DNA of 56,359 bases from Alphaproteobacteria bacterium (lineage in GTDB: Bacteria > Pseudomonadota > Alphaproteobacteria > JAEUKQ01), in contig JBGAWJ010000003.1 in NCBI GenBank assembly GCA_044227605.1, positions 1 through 56,359 of the forward strand, in the 5' to 3' direction. A model generated the notes under the pieces. That model made no database searches and had not been told where the DNA came from. It saw only the letters and a program-made list of their open reading frames with translations. Positions 48,724 to 56,359 of the stretch are shown one piece after another (position 1 is the stretch's first letter; each line of letters begins with the position of its first letter). The translations under genes were made by a program, and so were the position numbers.

Positions 48724-49824
48724 TCACCGGTTGATTTCTATCCGGCTGTGGCGATTAAAAAAAATCATTTTTCCCAACCATTTCTGTAGGAAAGGCAATC
48801 GTAATAAGGGAAGTGCTTGATGGCAAAATCCTGATTGCCATAATTGCCGCAGCAGTTTCTTCCCTGTAAAATCGGGGTATTGCTGGCGTAATAAAACGCC
48901 TGGGTGAGGGGCTGCAGGGTTTTGTAGATAATCAGCGATCAGGCGGCCAGATTTTTGCCCCAATTCAAAACTTAAGCGGATGCCCCCAGCAGTTAAGGGG
49001 GAAACAAGCCCAGCCGCATCCCCAATCAACAAAATTCGCTGGCGGTAAAAAGGTTCAACGCAGCCGCCCACTGGGATTAAGCCGCCATGGGCGCCGATTT
49101 TCTGATCTGGTTGTAAATTGAGCACAGGGCGGATAAAATCCAGGAAACCCTCACCGTTCGGTTTGTGGGATGGGTGATGAACCGCCAGTCCCACTTGCAA
49201 CCGGTTAATGCCGCCCACCGCCCAACCCAAATAGCCAGGCGCATGAAGATGACTTAAAAAGCAGTGCAGTTCCTCTTCGGCAAAATTGGCAGGCAGGGGA
49301 TAATCATATTCAATCCCTAACAGGAATTTTTTGTTTTGCCCCAAACCGGATTTTTTAGCCACGGTTGAGCGGGCACCATCCGCCCCTACCAGAAAGCGCG
49401 TGTGTAAGTCGAAATCGGGCAGGTAAATCCCGTCTGTTTGTTCCATATAATCGCGGAACCGGCAGTTGAAATTGATAACAACCCCAAGCTCCCTGGCATA
49501 CCAAGCCAACCATTCGAGTATGCCCGAGGTATGGGTTGCCAGAAAAAAATAATCCGCGGTATGCAGGGAAAAACTTTTCAGATGTTGATCATACAACCGC
49601 ACGGTTGAAATTTTTTTGGTGAGATGGGCGGGAAACTTATAAAAATCCGCGGCTTCCTGTACGCATAAACCGGTGGTACCTGGATGATGACCGGCTTTCG
49701 GGTGTTTTTCAAGCACCACCACCTTTAATCCCGCTTGGGCAGCCTGGATGGCGCAGGAAAGACCTGCAAAGCTGGCGCCCACAATAACGACATCCACGAT
49801 CTGATCAGAAGAATGAAACATCAC
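48724..49824 (-). CDS. FAD-dependent oxidoreductase (geranylgeranyl reductase-like)
   Basis: VIVGASFAG, VGADGARS, IGDAAGLVSPLTAGGI. Confidence 0.85.
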   Translation of the reverse strand: MMFHSSDQIVDVVIVGASFAGLSCAIQAAQAGLKVVVLEKHPKAGHHPGTTGLCVQEAADFYKFPAHLTKKISTVRLYDQHLKSFSLHTADYFFLATHTSGILEWLAWYARELGVVINFNCRFRDYMEQTDGIYLPDFDLHTRFLVGADGARSTVAKKSGLGQNKKFLLGIEYDYPLPANFAEEELHCFLSHLHAPGYLGWAVGGINRLQVGLAVHHPSHKPNGEGFLDFIRPVLNLQPDQKIGAHGGLIPVGGCVEPFYRQRILLIGDAAGLVSPLTAGGIRLSFELGQKSGRLIADYLQNPAAPHPGVLLRQQYPDFTGKKLLRQLWQSGFCHQALPLLRLPFLQKWLGKMIFFNRHSRIEINR

Positions 49825-49897
49825 ACATGCTATAAAATAAAAATGAACGACAGTTTATCATGGATTTTATGAGGAATAAACCTCAGCCCTCAAAAAC

Positions 49898-49926
49898 AAT
49901 AGCCAGGTGAAAACCTGGCTATTTTT
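49898..49926. terminator. Hairpin terminator downstream of phaC
   Basis: AATAGCCAGG-TGAAAA-CCTGGCTATT flanked by A/T tracts. Confidence 0.75.
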
Positions 49927-49947
49927 GAAAGTGTAGGGCGATAAAAC

Positions 49948-51759
49948 TTAACGCACCTTCACATAACTGCCGGGCGCTGGTTCAATTACCTTCCAGCCGT
50001 TGTCCCCTGGGTTGCGGGCGGCTGTTTGTTCGCCCGTGAACGATACAACCCATTTTTGCCAATCATTCCACCAGGATCCCGGATGTTGGCTTGCTTGCTG
50101 CAACCATTTTTCCGGGTCACCCGGTAATTTGTCATGGGTCCAGTAGGCATATTTATTGGCAGCAGGCGCATTGATAACCCCCGCAATATGACCTGAACCG
50201 CCCAATACAAAACGCCTATCGCCGCGATATAATTGGGTAGCCGCATACACCGATTTCCAAGGCGCTATATGATCTTCCTTGGTGGCTAAGATGTAGCTGG
50301 GGGTTTGAATTTTTCTGAGGTCAAGTGGGATGTTGGAAAAAGCCAATTCCCCTTTTACCAATTTGTTTTCCAAATACATGTTGCGCAAATAAAAACTGTG
50401 CATTTGGGCGGGCATACGGGTTGAATCGGAATTCCAATATAAAAGGTCAAAGGGCATGGGTTCTTTGCCCAATAGGTAATTATTGATGACGAAACTCCAG
50501 ATTAAATCGTTCGCCCGCAACAAGTTAAAAGTGGTTGCCATCTCACTGCCAGCTAAATAGCCGGTTGCCTGCATTTTTTTCTCAAGGGCTTGTAACTGGA
50601 CTTCATCAATGAATACGCCTAATTCGCCTGGCTCGGTGAAATCAACCAGGGTGCTGAGATAGGTGGCACTATGGATAAGCGGTGATGATTTCTTGTTTTT
50701 TGCCTTCTTCTGCTGGGCCTCTAAATAAGCTAGGGTACAAGCCAGTAAAGTGCCGCCCAAACAGTAACCTACGGCATTTACCCCTTTTGCCTTGGTAATT
50801 TGCTGGATGGTTCCAATGGCAGCGAGTATCCCCTCTTGCATATAATCTTCAAAAGTTTTTCCGGCCAATTTTTCATCCGGGTTGACCCAGGAAATCATAA
50901 AAACAGTATGTCCTTGGCCAGTTGCCCAGCGGACAAAAGAATTATTTTCCCGCAGATCCAGGATATAATATTTGTTGATCCAGGGCGGAATGACCAGCAA
51001 GGGCCGTTCATAAACTTTTTCCGTGGTCGGGTTATATTGGATCAGTTGCATCAGGCTGTTTTGGTAAACCACTTGCCCCGGGCTGGTGGCAATATTGCCA
51101 CCTAATTGGAAGGCATTTGGATCAGTCATGGTGATTTGTAAATGGCCGCGGCCTTTTTCCAAATCACGTAATAAATTTTGCAAACCCTGAACCAAATTCT
51201 GTCCCTTACTATTAATGGTTGTCCGCAAAATTTCAGGGTTGGTCAGCAAAAAATTGCTGGGGGATAAGGCATCGACAAACTGGCGCAGGTAAAAATCAAC
51301 TTTTTTGGCGATTTGGGGATCAAGATCTTTGGCTTCACGGGTTAAGTTCAGCATCCATTTAGCTGACAGCAAATAAGATTGCTTCAAATAATCAAATACC
51401 ACATTCTCTTGCCAGGCGCTATCCTTGAACCTTTTGTCTTGCGGTTGGCTCATAGGAGAGGGGGGTACCGGGGCATTGCCTGCCATCCGTTGCCAGGTTG
51501 ATTGCCATAATTTCTGATATTCTTCCCACCAAGCCATTTGGTATTGCCATAAACGATCGGGATGGCGTAGCAGCTGGGTCAAATATTCTTGGAACGCTTG
51601 CCCAACATTAAAAAAATTTTCAGTTCCCATGGAAGAATGGCTGGGCTGTTGCTGAAGGAATTTTTCAATGATTTGTTGGGATTGTTTGCCCATTTGGGCC
51701 AGCCAGTCCATCATAGCATTTGCGGAAGAAGGGGGTGGGGAGGATTCATTCATCATCAT
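49948..51759 (-). CDS. phaC: Class I poly(3-hydroxyalkanoate) synthase
   Basis: PPWINKYYILDL, lipase box GYCLGG, DHIAPW, SGHIAG. Confidence 0.96.
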   Translation of the reverse strand: MMMNESSPPPSSANAMMDWLAQMGKQSQQIIEKFLQQQPSHSSMGTENFFNVGQAFQEYLTQLLRHPDRLWQYQMAWWEEYQKLWQSTWQRMAGNAPVPPSPMSQPQDKRFKDSAWQENVVFDYLKQSYLLSAKWMLNLTREAKDLDPQIAKKVDFYLRQFVDALSPSNFLLTNPEILRTTINSKGQNLVQGLQNLLRDLEKGRGHLQITMTDPNAFQLGGNIATSPGQVVYQNSLMQLIQYNPTTEKVYERPLLVIPPWINKYYILDLRENNSFVRWATGQGHTVFMISWVNPDEKLAGKTFEDYMQEGILAAIGTIQQITKAKGVNAVGYCLGGTLLACTLAYLEAQQKKAKNKKSSPLIHSATYLSTLVDFTEPGELGVFIDEVQLQALEKKMQATGYLAGSEMATTFNLLRANDLIWSFVINNYLLGKEPMPFDLLYWNSDSTRMPAQMHSFYLRNMYLENKLVKGELAFSNIPLDLRKIQTPSYILATKEDHIAPWKSVYAATQLYRGDRRFVLGGSGHIAGVINAPAANKYAYWTHDKLPGDPEKWLQQASQHPGSWWNDWQKWVVSFTGEQTAARNPGDNGWKVIEPAPGSYVKVR

Positions 51760-51944
51760 ACCTAAAGGGTTGGGTGGATATTTGCACTATTGACGATCAT
51801 TAACACTTTATTGATTTATAGGATAAGTTATTCTAAGTTTCAAACAGGAATGTTTCTGGCGTGGTCAATATAGCCAAAAAATTCAGCTTGAGACAATATA
51901 AGTTTTTTATGATCACCATCACTAGGTCTGGCATTAGGTCTGAA

Positions 51945-52205
51945 ATGCGTAGGGTTCAAAAAAAAAGATTCAAAGCACCACATAAATCCAGCCAATTAAA
52001 ATATTTAGTTATTGGGTGCATTTGCTTTTGTACGGTTGCTTGCACGCAAAGGTCATTTCCTAGATTGCAAGATCTTGCAACTCAACCTTGGCAAAAAAGC
52101 CAAGTGGATTGGGTAAAGATGCGGGAAGAATTGTTAAAACAGCATCAAAAAGGCTTGGATATCATGAAAAACAACCCCCTATCATTTAAAAACGGAATAA
52201 AATGA
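51945..52205 (+). CDS. Small putative lipoprotein
   Basis: Basic N-terminus, hydrophobic stretch ending TVAC (lipobox-like); stop overlaps the glpX ATG. Confidence 0.5.
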   Translation: MRRVQKKRFKAPHKSSQLKYLVIGCICFCTVACTQRSFPRLQDLATQPWQKSQVDWVKMREELLKQHQKGLDIMKNNPLSFKNGIK

Positions 52206-53206
52206 ATGATGAGAATGATCATTTTACCAGCAAGGATATAAAGTTTATGGACAGAAATTTAGCTTTGGAAGCCGTTCGTGTTACTGAGGCCGCCGCCTTG
52301 GCTGCTGCAAAATTGATGGGTCAGGGAAATGAAAAAGCAGCTGATCAAGCAGCGGTGGATGCCATGCGCCGGGCCTTCAACAGTTTGGCGATTGAGGGTA
52401 CCGTCGTGATTGGGGAGGGGGAGCGGGATGAAGCACCCATGTTATATATAGGGGAAAAGGTGGGGGCCGGTGGGCCAAAAATTGACATAGCCCTTGATCC
52501 GCTTGAGGGAACCTCGATCACCGCCAAGGGTGGGCCCAATGCCTTAGCGGTGGTTGCCATGGCCTCCGCGGGAGGATTTTTATATGCCCCTGATGTTTAT
52601 ATGAATAAAATTGCGGTGGGCGGCGGCGTGCCAAGGCATGCCATTGATCTTGATGCAAAACCTGCTGAGAATATTAAAGCCGTGGCTAAGTGCCGTGGGG
52701 TTGATGTGGGCGATATCGTCGTTTGTATTTTAGACCGTCCCCGTCATGCGGAATTAATTAGCCAGGTGCGGGCCGCGGGCGCCCGGATTATGTTGATTGA
52801 TGATGGTGATGTTAGCGCCGTTATTGCTACCAGCCAGCCGGATACCGGGGTGGATATGTATATGGGGATTGGTGGGGCGCCGGAGGGGGTATTGGCCGCT
52901 GCTGCCCTTCGGTGTACGGGCGGATTTATCCAGGGTCGCCTGTTATTTCGGAATGACACAGAGAAAAAGCGGGCGGATAAATGCGGCATTACCGATTTAA
53001 CCCGTAAATACAGTTTAGAAGAATTGGCCCATGGGGATGTTATGTTTGCGGCCACTGGGGTCACGGATGGCAGCATGCTGCATGGGGTGCGGCGGAATCG
53101 GCAAAGTGGCCGGACGCATTCGGTGGTCATGCGTTCAAAAACAGGTACGGTGCGCTTTATCCAAGCCCACCATGATTTCAGCCGGAAGCAACCGTTGTCT
53201 TCCTAG
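52202..53206 (+). CDS. glpX: Fructose-1,6-bisphosphatase class II
   Basis: RVTEAAA, VIGEGERDEAPML, DPLEGT, GGAPEGV, ATGVTDG. The start may be 52247 (MDRNLALE). Confidence 0.96.
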   Translation: MNDENDHFTSKDIKFMDRNLALEAVRVTEAAALAAAKLMGQGNEKAADQAAVDAMRRAFNSLAIEGTVVIGEGERDEAPMLYIGEKVGAGGPKIDIALDPLEGTSITAKGGPNALAVVAMASAGGFLYAPDVYMNKIAVGGGVPRHAIDLDAKPAENIKAVAKCRGVDVGDIVVCILDRPRHAELISQVRAAGARIMLIDDGDVSAVIATSQPDTGVDMYMGIGGAPEGVLAAAALRCTGGFIQGRLLFRNDTEKKRADKCGITDLTRKYSLEELAHGDVMFAATGVTDGSMLHGVRRNRQSGRTHSVVMRSKTGTVRFIQAHHDFSRKQPLSS

Positions 53207-53216
53207 GATTTAAGTT

Positions 53217-55016
53217 ATGCAAGATGGGTTGGCTTTTCTGGGCGTCCAACAATCAGTAACCGGAAAAAAATGGCAACAACGATCGGGTTCCGAGCGTTTG
53301 GGGCTGGCTATAGCCCAACGCTTACAATTGCCCGAAATTGTTGGGGTATTACTGGCAGGCCGCGGTATTGCTATTGATGATGCCCCTGGTTTTTTAACCC
53401 CTACCTTGCGTGATTTGCTGCCTGATCCTTTGGTGATACCGGGAATGGATGCCGGAATTGTAAGGGTTCTAGGCGCCTTGTGCCAGCAGGAAAAAATCGC
53501 CATTTTTGGTGATTATGACGTGGACGGTGCTACATCCGCGAGTCTGCTCAAAAGGTTTTTTGATGCTTTGGATGTTCCTGTCCGCCTATATATCCCCGAC
53601 CGTATGTTGGAAGGGTATGGCCTGAATTTTAAAGCCATGCAACAACTTCACCAGGAAGGGATTAGGCTGGTTATCACGGTTGATTGTGGCACCTCATCGG
53701 TTGAGGTGATCGCTAAAGCTTTAGAAATCGGATTGGCAACGGTGGTGATCGATCATCATGTGGCAGATGCCAATCTTCCCCAAGCCGCAGCTGTTATCAA
53801 CCCTAACCGGCTGGATACCCCTGCTGATATTCGTCAGTCTTACGGGCAATTGGCCGCCGTTGGAGTGACCTTCTTATTTTTGGTCGGTCTTAACCGGGCG
53901 TTGCGGCAACAGAACTTTTATCAAGGTAGCCGCAGTGAGCCTGATTTACGGCAATGGTTAGATATTGTGGCTTTAGGAACCATCTGTGATGTGGTGCCCT
54001 TAAGGGGGCTTAACAGGGCTTTTGTTAGCCAAGGCTTGAAAATTATGGCGCAGCAGGGTAACCCCGGATTAAAAGCGTTGATGACGGTGACGGCTTTAGA
54101 CCAAGCACCCAGTGCTTATCATGCGGGCTATGTTTTGGGCCCCCGCATTAATGCAGGGGGGCGGATCGGCACGGCGGATTTAGGGGTGCGGTTATTATCC
54201 ACGAACGACTTTCTAGAAGCCCAGGGGATTGCCGAACAATTGCACCGCCTAAACCAAGAACGCCAGGAGTTGGAGCAAAAAGCTTTTGAAGAAGCCCTAT
54301 GGATGGCAAAAAGCCAGCAATTATCCCAGCCGACCGATATTTTACTTGTGGCCTCACCAGCGTGGCATCAGGGGATTATCGGTATTATCGCCGGACGCCT
54401 CAAGGAACATTTTCATCGACCGGTTTTTGTCGTCAACCTCCAAGACCAGGTTGCCAAGGGATCGGGAAGATCTGTCCAGGGGCTTGATTTAGGGACTGCC
54501 GTTATTGCGGCCCGACAAGCAGGTTTGGTGCAGGCAGGTGGGGGACATCCCATGGCCGCTGGCTTTACCGCCGATGCGTCAGATCTTGACCCATTAAAAG
54601 TTTTTTTAAACCAGCATTTAAGACAGCAAGCGCGCCAGGTTTCTTATATACCGGCTATGGAAATTGACGGCTTATTAACTGCCCAAGCGTTAACCCCGGC
54701 TTTATATCAACAGATCACCCAAATCGGTCCCTTTGGCAATGGCAATCCAGAACCGCGTTTCGCCATTGCCGATGTGCGGTTTTTAAAAACAGAAATCGTT
54801 GCGGAGAAACATGTGCGCTGTCTGGCAATCGGGCAAGACCGCAAAAGTTTTAAGGCAATGGCTTTCCGGGCGGCGTCCTTACCGTTAGGGCAATTATTGC
54901 TGAAACCCCATGCCTTTTTCCATTTGGCCGGTACCCTACGCCTGAATTTATGGAATGACCGCGAGGATATCCAGTTTATCATTGAAGATGCGGTTATTTC
55001 TGACCGTCAAGGCTAG
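53217..55016 (+). CDS. recJ: ssDNA exonuclease RecJ
   Basis: GDYDVDG, TVDCG, DHH, GPRINAGGR, GGGHPMAAG, PFGNGNPEP. Confidence 0.96.
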   Translation: MQDGLAFLGVQQSVTGKKWQQRSGSERLGLAIAQRLQLPEIVGVLLAGRGIAIDDAPGFLTPTLRDLLPDPLVIPGMDAGIVRVLGALCQQEKIAIFGDYDVDGATSASLLKRFFDALDVPVRLYIPDRMLEGYGLNFKAMQQLHQEGIRLVITVDCGTSSVEVIAKALEIGLATVVIDHHVADANLPQAAAVINPNRLDTPADIRQSYGQLAAVGVTFLFLVGLNRALRQQNFYQGSRSEPDLRQWLDIVALGTICDVVPLRGLNRAFVSQGLKIMAQQGNPGLKALMTVTALDQAPSAYHAGYVLGPRINAGGRIGTADLGVRLLSTNDFLEAQGIAEQLHRLNQERQELEQKAFEEALWMAKSQQLSQPTDILLVASPAWHQGIIGIIAGRLKEHFHRPVFVVNLQDQVAKGSGRSVQGLDLGTAVIAARQAGLVQAGGGHPMAAGFTADASDLDPLKVFLNQHLRQQARQVSYIPAMEIDGLLTAQALTPALYQQITQIGPFGNGNPEPRFAIADVRFLKTEIVAEKHVRCLAIGQDRKSFKAMAFRAASLPLGQLLLKPHAFFHLAGTLRLNLWNDREDIQFIIEDAVISDRQG

Positions 55017-55021
55017 GGGGA

Positions 55022-55486
55022 CTAGCGAACGGTTACTTGCACCGCATAGCAGCCAGATTTGGCAAAAGTCAGCTCAACTCGGAACTGGGATTTGGGCGCC
55101 AAAATTTGGGACAAATCCGTTAACATGATATGAGAATCATTCGGCATAAAAACCACCTGCTGCTCGGCGGGAATGAACACGGCTCCGTGCGCGCGCATCA
55201 TCAGTACCGTCCCGTCTGTCCTTGTTTCGTGAAGGGCCGCTTTCTTGGCAACATTGGTTTCAACCTTGATTAATTGATCAGGCTGCAATGATTGATTTGT
55301 TAAGGTCAGATAAATAGCGGCAGGCATTTGTTGATTGGTTACAGGCCTTGCCCAGGCGTTGGAAACCACAATTGTTTGGTCATTTTTGCATTCTGCGGCC
55401 ATTGTGATTGCTATCATGCTGGTCAATAGACTGATCAGGATGAACAGTAATTTAAAGAACGTCCAAGGATTGGTAAAGATAAGCAT
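55022..55486 (-). CDS. Periplasmic copper chaperone PCu(A)C
   Basis: AWAR, AIYLTL, LHET...MM, HIML pattern. Confidence 0.88.
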   Translation of the reverse strand: MLIFTNPWTFFKLLFILISLLTSMIAITMAAECKNDQTIVVSNAWARPVTNQQMPAAIYLTLTNQSLQPDQLIKVETNVAKKAALHETRTDGTVLMMRAHGAVFIPAEQQVVFMPNDSHIMLTDLSQILAPKSQFRVELTFAKSGCYAVQVTVR

Positions 55487-55543
55487 ATGTGGAAATCCTT
55501 TTTTCTCTTTAGCAGGTCTTTGTAAGGGGTTCGCTAATTTTTT

Positions 55544-56161
55544 TTAATTCAACATTTTTTGCAGGGTGATAACAATGTCTTCCGCGGGATCATTCCAACG
55601 GAAAACACGATCAAAAACGCCTTGCGGATTAACTAGGTAAAAATAACCCGAATGGTCAATGCCGTATCCGTCGGGCAAATCCACCTGTTCCACGCGGCTA
55701 TAATAGACCCGGAAGGCGGCCGCCGTTTTTTGAATATCGCTCGTACTGCCGCTTAATCCCAAAAGGGCGGGATAAAAAGTGCGGGCATATTCGCCAGCGA
55801 TGGCCGGTGTATCCCGCTCAGGATCAAGGGTGATAAAAATCCCTTGAAGCTTATGGGCTTTTTGCCCCAACCCCTCTAAAATAATGGCCATTTTATCAAG
55901 AGCAGTCGGGCAAATATCAGGGCAATGGGTGAAGCCAAAAAATATCAACTGCCATTTTCCAGGAAAATCTTGGTTGGTTACCGTTTTTCCTTGGGCATTG
56001 GTTAATTGAAATTCCGTACGGATTAAGCTTGGGGCAGGAGAGGGGGGCAATTGAGGAGAGGGGGATTGCAGATAACCCCAAATTATACCAACGCCTAAAA
56101 AACCCAGCGAACATAAAAGGGCAATGATGAAATACCGGAAGGTTTTTGATAATTGCGGCAT
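55544..56161 (-). CDS. SCO1/SenC family protein
   Basis: FGFTHCPDICP, DPERDTP, IDHS. Confidence 0.93.
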   Translation of the reverse strand: MPQLSKTFRYFIIALLCSLGFLGVGIIWGYLQSPSPQLPPSPAPSLIRTEFQLTNAQGKTVTNQDFPGKWQLIFFGFTHCPDICPTALDKMAIILEGLGQKAHKLQGIFITLDPERDTPAIAGEYARTFYPALLGLSGSTSDIQKTAAAFRVYYSRVEQVDLPDGYGIDHSGYFYLVNPQGVFDRVFRWNDPAEDIVITLQKMLN

Positions 56162-56359
56162 CAGACATCCATAGGAATTGAATAGGTATATCTAGCATCA
56201 AGTCGATGAAGGAAGAAAGCATTATAATGTCACATTTCTCTAATCTGGCAATTGATTAGGGTGCTAAAAATCCTTACCGATCATGATTCTTGGTTCTGTC
56301 TATAAGAAAAAACGTGGGAAATCAGAAAGCCAGTGGAAGAATCTGTTGATTTTCAAATG

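Noticed and set aside
51790-51803. FNR/FixK-like box TTGAC-N4-ATTAA upstream of phaC
   Set aside because: Two mismatches to consensus in an AT-rich spacer; could equally be a -35 element.

Overview
Alphaproteobacterial chromosomal segment (gene content and order look Rhodospirillales-like). It is mostly housekeeping: a fused indolepyruvate:ferredoxin oxidoreductase running off the left edge, S4/Hsp15 protein, SUV3-like helicase, htpG, acnA, ccmABC, large NAD-glutamate dehydrogenase, rpe, a CueR-controlled copper module (cueR-copA divergent from copZ-multicopper oxidase), secA, argJ, a GNAT-MutT fusion, glyQS, an ABC efflux operon, phaC, glpX, recJ and PCuAC/SCO, plus tRNA-Ala(CGC) and tRNA-Ser(CGA). 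I see no integrase, transposase or CRISPR array. Three signals stand out. (1) Three genes (htpG 5' end, a Sel1-like gene, a LolD-type ABC ATPase) each switch frame at a short sequence that reads as the N-side protein in one frame and the C-side protein in another, as expected for microhomology-bounded deletions. These are either real erosion or amplification/assembly chimeras. (2) A duplicated cassette at 31.6-33.4 kb encodes two secreted paralogs with near-identical leader DNA, unrelated Gly/Pro-rich cores and a conserved C-terminal PFxxQLGYQxLVLxDxC-x10-C motif. (3) Downstream of tRNA-Ala, a disordered N/Q/G/S/P-rich ORF is followed by a DUF1870/Aca2-like HTH gene. All calls come from reading the sequence and from recalled family motifs; no searches were run.
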